From the NCBI RefSeq assembly GCF_035084215.1, contig NC_090357.1:16554001-16618000 (forward strand): a DNA stretch of 64,000 nucleotides, written 5' to 3'. Below the pieces are notes generated by a model. It was not told where the DNA came from, searched no databases, and was given only the letters and a program-made list of their open reading frames with translations. This DNA comes from Heptranchias perlo. Taxonomy: Eukaryota. This document shows, one piece after another, positions 13,166 through 25,720 of the stretch (within the stretch, counting starts at the first letter, position 1; each line of letters opens with the position of its first letter). The position numbers and the translations under genes are program-made.

Positions 13166-13983
13166 CTAGGAAGAGAACAGAGGAAATTACTTTTAATTTC
13201 AAATACAACAGTTCATTTTAAAGTTCCTGCATGGCAAAAGATATTTTAAATCTATGGTAGTTTTCTTCCCATTGAGATTCAATATCTACCTTTCTGTCCA
13301 GCTCTCCTTGTTTTTAATAATTCCTAATTGTCTCCTTGTCTCATATGCCTCTCTTCCCCTCTCCCTGCTCCTTCCCTCAACACATAGTTATCAACAGCAA
13401 CTCGTGTCTTAAACAAAAGGAGCATCTCCACTCCAGGTAAAACCATCTAACTTATTATCTCTTGCAGAGGCCTGTACCTCTGTGGTGACACTCCCAGTGA
13501 ATAGTCAAAAATAGTTCCACAAGCATACAAGCTAGTTCATCTTTAAGTGGGTCTATTGCAGAATTAGTGGCAGTAAAGAAGTGAAACCATAACGTGTGCA
13601 TGTTCAATTACAGGTGGTCTTTGTCCATGGTAAAAAGCAGTTTTAATTGACAAGAACATTTGGAGTTTAATCTTTGCATGAAGTGCTCCCCCCTCCCACC
13701 CAGCCCATCAGTTGCCACTAAAACAGAAGGAATTGGAATTCCTACAGTTCACACGCACCATTATTCCCTTCCTAACAACTAGTTCAAATGTTGGATACCT
13801 GTGAACAGTTTTGCACTCTCTGATCTGGAGAAATGTGCAGTTGTGGAGTAGAGAATTAAAAATGATGGCACGTGGAAATCGACAGACCATAGATCAAAAA
13901 CCATGCAAACATAATTTAAACAATCAACGGATAAGACAGGAAATACGTGGCCAAAAAAAGCCAGTGATTCAACCGATCCTGAC

Positions 13984-14146
13984 CTGATCTGAATTGGATC
14001 TTAATAGACCTGCCGTACAGTTGTATTCCATTCAACAAGTCCTTTCCATAATGGACCGACTCTTCGTGTTTAAAATTCACGAACGCGAACTGCTTGGATT
14101 TTCCATCCTTGTCCTTGGGGATTTTTACTGCGAGGAGAGGGCCAGC
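13984..14146 (-). CDS. RBM7: RBM7 exon 2 (RRM, RNP1)
   Basis: ccag|AGPLLAVKIPKDKDGKSKQFAFVNFKHEESVHYGKDLLNGIQLYGRSIKIQFRS G|gtcag; 163 nt, phase 0 to 1. Confidence 0.95.
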
Positions 14147-14639
14147 CTGGCAAACAGAAAATGAAAGAAAGAAAAAAAGAAAGAGTGATTGGTACATCTT
14201 CAATCCGGTCGAAAAGGGAACACAAAAAATAAATCCTCAACAACTTGAAAAAGAGGCATCTCGATTCAGTGAAGCAACCAGGTCAAAACTGCAGAGCGAA
14301 TTTGAAACAAACCTGGTTGCTAAAATCTGTGCAGCTAATTATCTTATTACATTGGCGTCTGTAAAATCTCTCCTAACCTTTCGAGTGCGACTACAACCAA
14401 AACCAGCCGCCATGGGAATCAATGTGTTGACCCCCGGGCCTGATTAGACGGAAAATTTATCACTGCTCGCAAGAGGACAAAACAAGTCATCGTTAAACCG
14501 GTTCAATAAACGGCGGGTATTTTAAACTGACGACAATAATCTAGTTAATACGGTTTTTTTTTAAAAAATCGGCTTCAAAATATAATTAAACAGCCCAGAG
14601 TTACAGGGCCCCCTGAACAATAACCGAGGCCACTGAGAC

Positions 14640-15065
14640 TAATTAAAGCCAGTCCCCCGTTACCGGGTAGGTGTCAGTAGGCCGCTAAACCCAGCGCGCC
14701 CTCTCCAGCCGCGGCCCAGGCTCACCTGTAGGAACAGTTCGAACAGCAGCTCCTCCGTTACTTTCATATCCAGGTTCCCGATAAACAGCGTCTTATCCGC
14801 ATCGTTTGATACCCCCATGGTGGTTGCAACTCGGGCTCTTCCCGCTACTCCGAAACGCCCCGACTGCTAGGCCAAACTCAGCTCCTTATTCCGATTGAAA
14901 GCGCCTTCTTGCCCCGCACGCCTCGTTCTTGGCGCCGCTTCCGCCCCGCCACCGTCCTCCAGGCGCCGCTTCCGCCCCCCTCCAGAGGCCCCGCCTCCGT
15001 CCCCAAGCGCCGCTTCCGCCCCTCCCAGGCCCCGCCTCCTCCCCCAGGCGCCAAAATTTGAACTA
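14640..15065. promoter_or_regulatory. RBM7 CpG-island promoter with 3x GCGCCGCTTCCGCCCC (ETS+GC box) repeats and an E2F/CDE-CHR element
   Basis: GC/CpG-rich block around exon 1; repeated CTTCCG and CCGCCC motifs 14931-15045; GGCGCC-AAAA-TTTGAA at 15047-15062. Confidence 0.75.
14726..14818 (-). CDS. RBM7: RNA-binding protein 7 (NEXT complex RRM subunit), coding exon 1
   Basis: ACCATGG start; MGVSNDADKTLFIGNLDMKVTEELLFELFLQ contains RNP2 (LFIGNL); ends CAG|gtgag donor; lies in a CpG island. Confidence 0.95.
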
Positions 15066-15749
15066 TCAGCCTTACTCTTTCAAGTTTCATGAAGTGGAGC
15101 TTCTTAGCCACCAATTTAATTTTGAAGGTACAATTTAAATTTAAATGCTCAGATTCAGCGCCTTATGGACATTGCACTAATGAACTTTATTTGATATAAA
15201 TCTGAGTCACGTAAATACCAACCTAGAAAACCAGCACAAGCTGACCAACAGCTTCAGAAAGCTGTCACAGCCCCACTCTCATCCCCATTCACAAAAGCTG
15301 ACAACTCAAGAACTGATTATAAGCCTATGACATGTAAAAACATAATTGCAAGGCAGTTGCAATTTGAATTGTAGGTATACCCATCATTCCTTCACTCCTA
15401 ATGCAGAAAAAAAACCTTAAATTCCTGTCCATGAAAACCTGAAGGGAAGATACAAACATTGAAGACAGAAAAGATATGTTCTGGGACCCACACCCCAGAA
15501 ATTTTTGATTTGTGACACTTTATTTGTTGCTTTTTCCACTATTTTGGAATCTACAGTGAACATGGGTATTGCATTTTTCTATCTAAAAAGGGACATTTGC
15601 TAAACTTTATTAAAAACTACTCTCTATTTGCCAATTGAATTATTTATCTTTATATTTTAAAAATTATTTCTCCAAGTAGTAGCAAGTAATCTATTACTGG
15701 GGGTGCGGAGGAGAGTCTTAATTATTTTCAAAAAGTAAATTACTTAAGT

Positions 15750-16285
15750 ATTGTGTCCAATTCTGGGCACCATACTTTAGGAAGGATGTCAAGGCCTTAG
15801 AGAGGGTGCAGACAAGATTTACTAGGAGTGATACCAAGGATGAAAGACTTTAGTTATGTGGGGAGAGTAGAGAAACTGGGGTTGTTCTCCTTAGAGCAGA
15901 GAAGGTTAAGGGGAGATTTGATACAGGCGTTCAAAATAATGAAGGATTTTGACAATTTCTCCTTATTTATTCTGTTTCCAGTGGCAGAAGGGTCAGTAAC
16001 CAGAGGACACATATTTACGGTAATTAGCAAAAGAACCAGAGGCAACATGAGTGAGAAAAATTTACGCAGCAAGTTGTTATGATCTGGAATGCACTGCCTG
16101 AAAGGGTGGTAGGAGCAGATTCAATAGTAACTTGCAAAAGGGAATTGGATAAATACTTGAAGTGGAAAAAATTGCAGGGATATAGGGAAGGAGCAGGGGA
16201 ACGGGACTAATTGGATAACTCTTTCAAAGAGCCAACACAGGCACGATGGGCCAAATGGCCCCCTTCTGTGCTGTATCATTCTATA
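15750..16285 (+). mobile_element. CR1 LINE 3' fragment
   Basis: YCVQFWAPYFRKD...LGLFSLEQRRLRGDLI; CR1 tail. Confidence 0.9.
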
Positions 16286-16705
16286 ATTCCCTAATTGCAG
16301 AGGGGTTTTGAATCCTGACATTCACCATGGGATCACTGTCATCCGGATTGTAGGCAGCAAATTCAGAATTGTACATTCTTTTCAAAATGTACAATTGCCA
16401 ACTTATGCTGCTAACCTAGTTCAGGCAGATGGTTTTCTTCCATCCCCAATTAAATTGGCACCCTATATATTCTCTATACTTCCTACCCCCTCCCCAATCA
16501 TCACTCCTGGCTTCTACCCTCTTCCATTTCCCTTTCACTTCCCCTCAACATTACTCCTACCCGAGTCCTTCTGCTTCTTAAAGTTACTCCAGCTGCTGTA
16601 TACTGCAGCCAGGAATTCCCATCTACATTGGGAAGCAGCTGTAATCACTTCAAATAACAGCAGAACATGGATAGGAGTGGAGTTCAAGGGAAGAGGTGAT
16701 GTTTA

Positions 16706-17717
16706 CATAGAAACATAGAAAATAGGATCAGGAGTAGACCATTCGGCCCTTCGAGCCTGCTCCGCCATTCAATATGATCATGGCTGATGCTATATCTCAA
16801 TACCATATTCCCGCTCTCTCCCCATACCCCTTGATGCCTTGTGTCTAGAAATCTATCTAGCTCCTTCTTAAATATATTCAGTGACTTGGCCTCCACAGCT
16901 TTCCGTGGTAGAGAATTCCACAGGTTCACCACCCTCTCAGTGAAGAAATTTCTCCTCATCTCAGTCTTAAATGTTCCACCCCATAATCTGAGACCGTGAC
17001 CCCTCGTTCTGGACCCCCCCCCCAGGCAGGGGAACCTTTGCTGCACTCCCTCTTTGGCAAGTATATCCTTTCTTAGGTAAGGAGACCAAAACTGCATACA
17101 ATACTCCAGGTGTGGTCTCACCATGGCCCTGTATAACTGCAGTAAGACATTCTTGCTCCTGTATTCAAATCCTCTGGCAATGAAGGCCAACATACCATTT
17201 GCCTTCCTAAGTGCTTGCTGCACCTGCATGTTTGCTTTCAGTGACTGGTGTACAAGGACACACAGGTCCCTTCGTACATCAACATTTCCCAATCTATCAC
17301 CATTTAAATAATGTTCTGCCTTTCTGTTTTTCCTTCCGAAGTGGATAACTTCACATTGATCCACATTATACTGCATCTACTATGTATTTACCCACTCACT
17401 CAACTTGTCGAAATCGCCTTGAAGCCTCTTTGCATCCTCCTCACAACTCACGATCCCACCTAGTTTTGTGTCGTCAGCAAACTTGGTCATTTGGTTCCCT
17501 CATCCAAATCATTGATATATATTGTGACTAGCTGGGGCCCAAGCACTGATCCATGTGGTACCCCACTAGTCACTGCCTGCCACCCTGAAAAAGACCCATT
17601 TATTCCTACTCTCTGTTTCCTGTCTGTTAACCAATTTTCAATCTATGCCAGTATATGACCACCAATCCCATGTGCTTTAATTTTGCACACTAACCTCTTA
17701 TGTGGGACTTTATCAAA
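16706..17717 (-). mobile_element. CR1 LINE RT/3' fragment with internal deletion
   Basis: FDKVPHKRL, PQGSVLGP, KFADDTKL, RPHLEYC; (catagaaa)n tail. Confidence 0.9.
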
Positions 17718-18224
17718 GTCTCCAAGCGCGGACTGGACCCGTAAAACGCAGACCCGTCCATGGCAAATGTGAATGGTTAGTATGTATGAAGCCAAAATAT
17801 TGAGTGGCACAGTACTTTTCCACCTGAATTCTAAGGGTTCCACCGCAAATGAGTTTGGACAGTCTCATCAAACGTGTACATAGAGGACCACAACACAAAC
17901 CTGTCCACAATTTGGCAAACTCTCTCAGTAAAGTCATAAAGCATAGGTAGTATGGGAAATGAGCAAATTTACACCATTGCAGTAGGTTGGAGTTCAAATG
18001 TAGTTGGACAAAAGGGGAGCATACTCTGCCTGTGACTGTTATGCTGACAGAGAAGTGTTTCAGGTTAATACTGAGCATCCACAATATTCTATTCCCCAGG
18101 ACTGACATCCCTCGTCTTCATGGGCAAACAAAAAACATATTAATAAATCTGAAATTAATAAGCTGCACTTTGAAAAGTATTTTTTTTGCCTTTGTTATGA
18201 GCAGAGCTAATCAATGATTAGTTA

Positions 18225-19710
18225 CAAACATGCACACCTGGAATCCATCTTCAGTCCCCTCCCATTAATCAGCTACATGCTACCCCTTGGCCACATATAC
18301 AGTCAATGTTCACATCTGTACTGATGACACCCAACTCTACCACAACTAACTTCAAAGCCGTACTAACCAACTGCCTATCTAACATCAAACCTTCATCTGA
18401 ACGCTGGCAAACTCTAAGGTACCTCCAACAATGTCAACCCCCCAACTGCTCACAATCCTTCTCAACCCGTAGCTGACTTTCTTGCCTCACATCAGATCAG
18501 TAGCCAAGGATACACTTTTCCACCTCTGACACACTGCCTGTCTGCGCTCCTTCTGCACTCTCCCACTTTCCATTGCCAAAACCCTAATTAACATCAACAC
18601 CTCTAGAATTGACTTCCATTTTACAAATTCCACTGCTCAAGTCCTCTCCCATGCAAATTCCTGCACTCCCACCAGCCTTCTGTTTGACAAGCTCCGCTGG
18701 CTTCTAGTTTACCCCCCTAGCCAATAGTGGGTCAAATTCAAAGTCCTCATCCATTCCCAAATTATCAAATGGCAGAGTAGGTTCAAGGGGCCGAATGGCC
18801 TATTCTTCTTAATTTGTATGTACGTATCTATGTTCCCCTATCTTAACTGAGTGAAATTCTCAAGTCATATGTCCTCATTCTGCTCCCTCCAGTCCACCAT
18901 CAGATACCATGGACATGATTTTAGCTCGGAGCTGGGAACCCAGCTCGTCTGCAGATAATCACATGGGGAACCTGGAAGCCAAATGAGTGCCCGCAATCTG
19001 CGATTGCAACTCAATTGAAGGTAAGTATTTGTGCTTCCGGGTTTCGCACGCGCAAGGCAACCAGATTGACAGGCGGGCTGCCTTTCAGAAGTGAAAGGAG
19101 CCGCGAATCGGAGTGGGGGGGGGGGGGAGGAAAGAGATCGTGGGCAGTGGAAGAAGTTAGAGGGGTGGGGGGGAACGTGGAGGACGTCGGGTGGGCCTTG
19201 GAGAAGATCGGGGGTGGCGGTGGCTGATCGCAAGAGTCCTGTGGGCCAGGTGAGCTTGTTGGGCCTGGATGAAACACTCCTGCTCCTCCGGGCCCAAAAG
19301 CAGTGCAATAAAGGCACTCACCTGTGTGAATCAGAAACTATGGGAGACCCGAACAGGCAAGGTAAAATTTGTTTGACATTTCTATTGCACAAAAAAATAT
19401 GCCTCAACTATTGCAATGAGGTACGTTACCCCTTTAAGTATAGGCCTACCAGCTTTAAGTGGGGACTTCCGGGTTTCTGTTACATCCAAACACACCTGGA
19501 TTAAACTCGGAAGTGGGCGCATTGGAGCCGGGATGCGATCCCGCTCTTAAAAAAATTCAACCATTTTTATCACCTACCCGCCCCCAATCCACCCATTCTC
19601 AGGGGGTTAAAATTACCCCCCATTTCTTTAGCTGCTCTTTGAACTCTCTCTCCCTAAATCATTCCACTTTGTTACCCCTCCCCCTTCCTTCAAAAGCCTA
19701 TCTCTGATTA
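18225..19710 (+). mobile_element. Degenerate L2 LINE 3' region interrupted by a MITE
   Basis: YTDDTQLY, SRIDF, LxWL motifs; C-rich L2 tail resumes after 19623. Confidence 0.6.
18911..19620. mobile_element. Harbinger-type MITE with CAT target-site duplication
   Basis: Ends ggacatgattttagc / gttaaaattaccccc flanked by cat...cat; internal motif cactcctgctcctccgggccc shared with the 62805-63397 element. Confidence 0.65.
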
Positions 19711-20174
19711 AAAAAACAAAATCCCCTCCTGCCTTTTTTCACACTTTTCTTCCAACCCTTGCTAAAATGCTTGTTTATCTTTCAGTTCTAATGAAGAGTG
19801 CACATCCAAACTATCATAACTTGTCTTTTCTCTTTATAGATGTTGACTGACCTGCTATGTAGATCCAGCATTTTCTGTTTTAGTTTGGTACAATTACTGG
19901 ACTGGGTTTTGGAATATTCACTGAATCACTCATTCACAATGTTTTCTAGTTATTCTCACCTTCTTTGCTCTTTTGTCTTTTAACAAAAAAGTTGCTTCTA
20001 CATAAATTGAACTGCAAGTTGTTCAGGTGTTGTGCATCAACTGTCAGACAGAAAAAAAATTTCAACTAGTTTGTCATGCAGGAATTTATTTCAGACAAAT
20101 AAAGTGGCAATCAGGGCCATTTTCTGCAAAATGCCAATCATTTGAAACAGATCAACATTTGAATGAAGTGTAAA

Positions 20175-20305
20175 TGTCATCTGAGGAAAAGTCATCGACC
20201 TGAAATGTCAACTCTGTTTTTCTCTCTCCACAGATGCTGCCTAACCTGCAGAGAGTTTCCAGCATTTTCTGTTTTTATTTCAGATTTACAGCATCTACAA
20301 TATTT
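20175..20305. repeat. Half of a palindromic interspersed repeat (cagatgctgcctgacctgctgag type); partial copies also near 19790-19885 and 50130-50260
   Basis: Same motif as the inverted arms at 62590-63470. Confidence 0.55.
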
Positions 20306-20959
20306 TTCATGTGTTTATATGAATGTGTTCATTTTGTTGTGAATAAAGCTGCCTTTTACATATGTTCAAGTTTTACCATGAGGATCAATGGATATCATTG
20401 AAATATGAAAATAATAAGTTTTAAAAATACTTTTAGAACATTTTAATGGCTTTCAGAAAAAAATACTGCAATGCTACCTTTCCCATGGTTAAACCATTCC
20501 TATTCCAAGAAGCATAATGCATCACAAACCCTTCCAACTCTGTGAATTAAGCACAATAAAGATGACTGAAAGTATCTAAAAAGTTGACACACTGAACATG
20601 CAGGACCTGTTAAATTTAACTTTACATTTACCTTTGGCAGCTCCCATGTCAATAACACAAGCCCCTCTGCAGGTGCTCGGTGGTTTTCTCTGCAGACAGC
20701 AATTGTCTATTCTGACCACAGGCAGCTGATGTGATTTTTCTCCTTGCTGGCCTGTACAGACACTCCCAAACTCTGCGGGAATTAAAGTCACCATTTGTGA
20801 CTTTGAGATGTTTCAATGTGAGGAGGTGCTATCTAAATGTTTTTAAAAAAAACTATTATAGTTCCACCTGCTCAGTGTTAATTCTCTCTCCATCTCCCAA
20901 GCTTAGTTGAATCGTACTCCAGACCAAGCCCATTATCTCTATCTCTATCTCCCCTTTTC

Positions 20960-23091
20960 TTTCTCTTCCCTTTACCCCTCTGGACTCTTCTCTCCTTTCT
21001 CCTCCCCTTTCTGCTACCCAGTCATATCTCCCCGCTCAAGTACTTTGACACACCCCAACCCCTTAACCCAACCCTTCTCTATTCTTCTACCTTCCTACTG
21101 TCCTGCCACCGTCCCAGGATTGATTCTCTCCTGGATAAGCCCACAGCTTCCCTCTGTGTCTCTCTCGGCATTCTCCAGAGGGCCCCCATCGAGGCACTGA
21201 TCGCTGCCTCCTTACGAGCAACAACTCTAACTGCCCAATCCTCCTCTTTCGCCAACTTTCCCACCTAGTGTGCCCACTGGGCCTAATCTTGCCAACCTTC
21301 CTGTGCCGCTCACCTGTCACAGTGCTAACCCTGTGGACTGTGCCACTGGATCAACAATCATCACCCCTCTCTGCATCTCCCTCCAAAATGTCCGTTCACT
21401 TGCAAATAAGGCCCTTGCCATCCATGACCTTATTGTGGATGATTGCATCAACATCATGGCCTTGACAGAAACTTGGCTCACAGGTGATGATATCTTCCCC
21501 TTTACTGAAGCCTCCCCACCTGGTTATACCTTCCACCACTTGTTCCACCCAAACCACCGGGGTGGCAATGTGGCCCTTATCACCAAATCTCACCTTGGTC
21601 TGTCACCCTAATCTTCTGGCACTTTCTCTTTCTTTGAGCACCTCATCGTGTTCCACCCCTCTCGCCTCTTCTTTAAAATCCTCGTTCTCCACTGCCCACC
21701 CAAGCCCCACCCCAAGTTTCTCACTGAGATATCCTCACTCCTTCCCTCCCTCAGCACCAAGCGACTTCTCATCCTCGGTGATTTCAAACCACCATCTCAA
21801 CTCACAACACTTGCTCCTCTGAGTTCGCTGCCTTTCTATTCTTCCTTAACCTCTCCCTCTATATAAACTATCCTACCCATATTCACGGCCACCCCATCGA
21901 CCTTGCCATCTCACGTGGCCTCTCTATTCCCATCCTCTCAATCACAGACAAGGCCATCACTGATCACTTTCTTGTATTCCTCACCACTCCCATCCCCGTT
22001 CCCCCTTCCAACCCCACTTTTGTCTGTGTCCACTCCTGGAAAAAACTCTCCCCCAAGTCACTAACAACGGCACTTTCAAACACCCAGCTATCTAGCCCTT
22101 GGCCCTCCATTTGCCTTGGTACTTCTGCAGCTATCGATCTGTCAATTACACCCTCACCTCCACCATTGATGCCGTTGTTCCCAGGAAGGCCCTTATTCTC
22201 TCTCACCCTGGTCATTCCCCCTGGTATGGCCCCCATCTTCGCTCCCTTAAGTCCAAGTGGCGTAGACTTAAACGTACCTGGAGCACAACTAGGTTAGAAA
22301 TTCATCACCAGATCTGGCTGGACCACATCAAGCACAATCGGGCCCTGCTCTCCGCTGCCAAACCTACTCACTACTCCAGGATCATCCCGGAGAGCAAAGA
22401 TAACCCCTGGCTTCTTTTCTCCACCACCAACCGTCTCCTTAAACTCCTCTCCCCTGCCCCTTCCACCCTCATCTTTAACAACAAGTGCAAGAAGCTCATG
22501 GACTTCTCTGTCACTAAGATTGAGACCATCCACTGAGCTGCCTCTGCCAGGTCTCTCCCTGCCCCTTGCCCACCAAACCATGTTGCCCCCATTGCTTCTG
22601 TGTTGTCAGACTGCTTGTCTGATATCCAGCCCTGGATGAGCCATAATTTTCTCCAATTAAACATTGGAAAAATCAAAGCTGCTGTCTTTGGCCCCCACCA
22701 CAAACTCTGTTCTCTCACCACCGGTTCCATCCCCCTCCCTGGCCACTGTCTCAGTCTGAACCAGACTGTTCTTAACCTCGGCATCCTATTTGACCCTGAG
22801 CTGCCTTCCAACCCCACATCCTCTTCATCACAAAGACTGCCTACTTCCACCTCCTTCGGCCATCTAGGCCCTAAGCTTTGGAATTCTCTCCCTAAACCTC
22901 TCTACCTCTCCATTGTGCTTTCCTCATTTAAGACCCTCCTTAAAACTTATCCCTTTCACCAAGCTTTTAGTCACCTGTCCTAATATCTCCTTATGTGGCT
23001 TGGTATCAATTTTTGTCTAATTACACTCCTGAGAAACACCTTGGGGCATTTTCCCAAGTTAAAGATGCTTATATAAATGCAAGTTGTTGTT
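20960..23091 (+). mobile_element. L2 LINE (APE domain present, RT largely deleted)
   Basis: LQNVRSLANK, ALTETWL, LILGDF, DCLSDIQPWMSHNFLQLNIGK; L2 tail atataaatgcaagttgttgttg. Confidence 0.85.
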
Positions 23092-23378
23092 GAATTGCTA
23101 GTTAGCCCTGTCACCTTTCTCACCCGATTGTAGCCACTCTGAGTAGCATCGACTGGTATATTTCTAGTCAAGAGTTCCTGAAACCATTATTGCCAGACAT
23201 GCAAGATACCTTCCTCCTCACATCCTTCTTTTCCATGCTTCTCTTTCACTGTTTCCTGTCAAATGATCTTTCCATCTGTCTCTCCACTGTGTTCTTTCAC
23301 AACGTTTCCTAGTATCAGCTCATCTATTCACTGCTTCCTCTTTTTTTTGCTTTTGTCAGCCAGAACTCCTTTAATACT

Positions 23379-24057
23379 GGGTAGAAATTACTCACCTGAC
23401 AACGGCGTTCCTCAATGGCGTTCTCTGTCTCTGACGGTGAATCGAAGGAGCAAGTTCACGCATTTGCACATGCGCACTAAAACCCGGAAATCGTGAACTT
23501 GGTCCTATTGGTTTGCCGACGATTTGACGCTGCGAATTAAAGGGGCATCGCATGCTACAATCATCGAAATCAATGAAAAATCACAAACTTGGCCATCTGT
23601 CCAGCTGGAACGTAACTACTTACGCCACCAAAAATTAAATTTTAAAAATGTGGAATGTCGTATTGCTCCTTATTGTTATATTTTTTGATCATTAAAAAAA
23701 GTTAAAATTAAAGTTATTTTTAAAAAAATTTCAATTCTGTCTCTTTAAATTAATTCAATTATTTGCTTGGCTTTTTATAAAAAAGAGTTAAATTTTTATT
23801 TACGATGACATACAGAATAGTAACTTTAAATGAATGAAGTCTGCTTGCCTGCTTGTGGGCGTAACTTCTCTTCCTGACAGATTCTGTGGGTGTGTCTCCT
23901 ATTCCTATTGTCCCATGCGAATCAGCTTACATTGAATTGACAGCGCACACCTTCACAAAACTTCAAAATCAAGCAAGTGGACATCGTGGAGCACGCAGCA
24001 ACTATATTCATTCTTTTTACTCGCAGGAGCCACCCGGCTCCGCGAGATTTCTGGTTC
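23379..24057. mobile_element. Non-autonomous DNA element, same family as the host element at 57214-59810
   Basis: Shares gctgcgaattaaaggg, aaaatcacaaacttg, aactttaaatgaatgaagtctgcttgcctgcttgtgggcgt with the 57214-59810 flanks. Confidence 0.75.
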
Positions 24058-24539
24058 ATTGACTTACTTATGAATTCTCACCTTATTACAACGAGCAATG
24101 GAATATCAGGGTGTGAGCCTCATAATGATTGTGAATCATTCATTTTTGTTTTAAAATTTAAAATAAAGACAAGGTCCATATATTTAAATGGGTCTGCAGT
24201 CTGTTTTACTCTTGCCAATGATCAGTTGCCCTCTTAATATTTCTCTAGGTTGACAGATCTGATGTCCAGCTGACTGTTTGTATCAGCTAGGTGTCTAGTA
24301 CAATATTGATTTGGAATGTCTGGTACATTCCAAATCAATATTGGCACGGTAGCTACCCTTTAAATGGGTCTTGCTGAGGAGAGGAATGATGCCACATCAG
24401 AACTAGCAGATTGATAGATTTATGGCTATTTGCATATGGCCCAATGCATATAGTGGGCCTCAGTAATCTCAATAAATGTGCATCGCCCCCTTTACACAAA
24501 GATTTCACCGTTTTCAGAAACATGTAAGAATTAATAATT

Positions 24540-24930
24540 TGGCTCCATGGATGACTCAACAAGTTAAACCGGTACGTGGCTGAACCACGCAAACGAGGAA
24601 GGTCCCAGGTTCAATCCACAGTCTCGGCTAATTTAGTTGATCTCTGCTAAAACAGGAACAGGATGCTACAATTGGCATCAGTGCCCCAAGTTAGTGAGAA
24701 AATCATCCCCAGCTCTTACTCCTGAGCTCCAATAACCTATGCTAGAAGTGTGCGTGGAGTGACGTTGCGCGGTACCCTCCTTCCCTGCGGCCAAGTAGCC
24801 TGCTGACAATCGCTGTCAAGGCTCACATGTTGGGTAAGGTATCAGAAGCCAACAGCACCTGTTTCAACCATAGCCCAGCAGACCCCAACATCTGCGGTTG
24901 ATGGGGGGGAAGAGAAAACTGACAGGGCAA
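24540..24930 (+). mobile_element. tRNA-derived SINE; related copies near 38410-38700 (+) and 48410-48730 (-)
   Basis: Box B GGTTCAATCC; body gctacaattggcatcagtgcccc recurs in the other copies. Confidence 0.55.
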
Positions 24931-25069
24931 GAAAACAGTGGTGACAGGCTAAATATAATTTATTGTGTCGATTAACATAAAACAGCATTTGTATGAATGT
25001 ATTTGACAAGTGACGCCAAACAATCCTTCATTTTGAACGTACACAATCGAAAATACTCTGCTGCGCCTC

Positions 25070-25720
25070 AACACCAACTGGCTTTCCGCGACCGGTGGGC
25101 ACCGCAGGGACTGGACTGAAATAATAACATTTAAATTTGACACTTGTTTTGTTTTTTTTGGTTTTTCTGCACATAAACACATCCTAAACCCCCACCACCC
25201 CACCTTTTTATAAAAGGGGGGCCTAAAACACACACACAAAAAAAAAACACCAACTGGAGAACTGTCAGGCCAGATGTTGTGCAGTGCCTTGTTTTACGAC
25301 GTGATGTGCGACAGTGCGTGCGTGCGTGCGTGTGTGTGTGGGCGGCGCCTGTTGCTAGGTGCCGCAGTGTGGATTGGCAGCGCCGGCCCGGGTGATGCTG
25401 CGCGTTCACAGCGCGGGACTTAAAGCTGTCGCCCGGCGCGCCGCGCCCCGTGCCTGGAAGCGCAGTCAGCCCGCCGGCCGCCAGCCTCCCGTCACCCCCT
25501 CACCTCGGAGCCTCGCCCTCTGTGCCGACCGTCCTCTCTGGGCATTCCCGGGGCTCGACGACGCTGACCAGCCGGTGTCGCGTTCCGGCCTCGCCGCCTT
25601 GCTCATGCCCCGGCGCCTCGCTACCATGGCAGCGCCGAGTATGGCCAAGAGGATGATCTGGGTGGATCTGGAGGTAACTTTTCTGGTGCGGCCCCTCCTC
25701 CTCCGTGCGGTGCGGTTAGA
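25070..25720. promoter_or_regulatory. REXO2 CpG-island promoter with (GTGC)n/(GT)n microsatellite
   Basis: High CpG density around exon 1; gtgcgtgcgtgcgtgcgtgtgtgtgtg at about 25314-25340. Confidence 0.7.
25395..25673 (+). CDS. REXO2: Oligoribonuclease REXO2 (mitochondrial/cytosolic, DEDDh) exon 1
   Basis: MLRVHSAGLKAVARR...MAAPSMAKRMIWVDLE|gtaact; ExoI motif WVDLE; second in-frame ATG with strong Kozak (ACCATGG) at 25626; the upstream start is inferred. Confidence 0.9.

Noticed and set aside
14878-15138. Overlapping Pro/Arg/Ala-rich ORFs as a C11orf71-like gene
   Set aside because: Typical by-product of GC-rich promoter repeats; non-ATG starts and no recognisable similarity.
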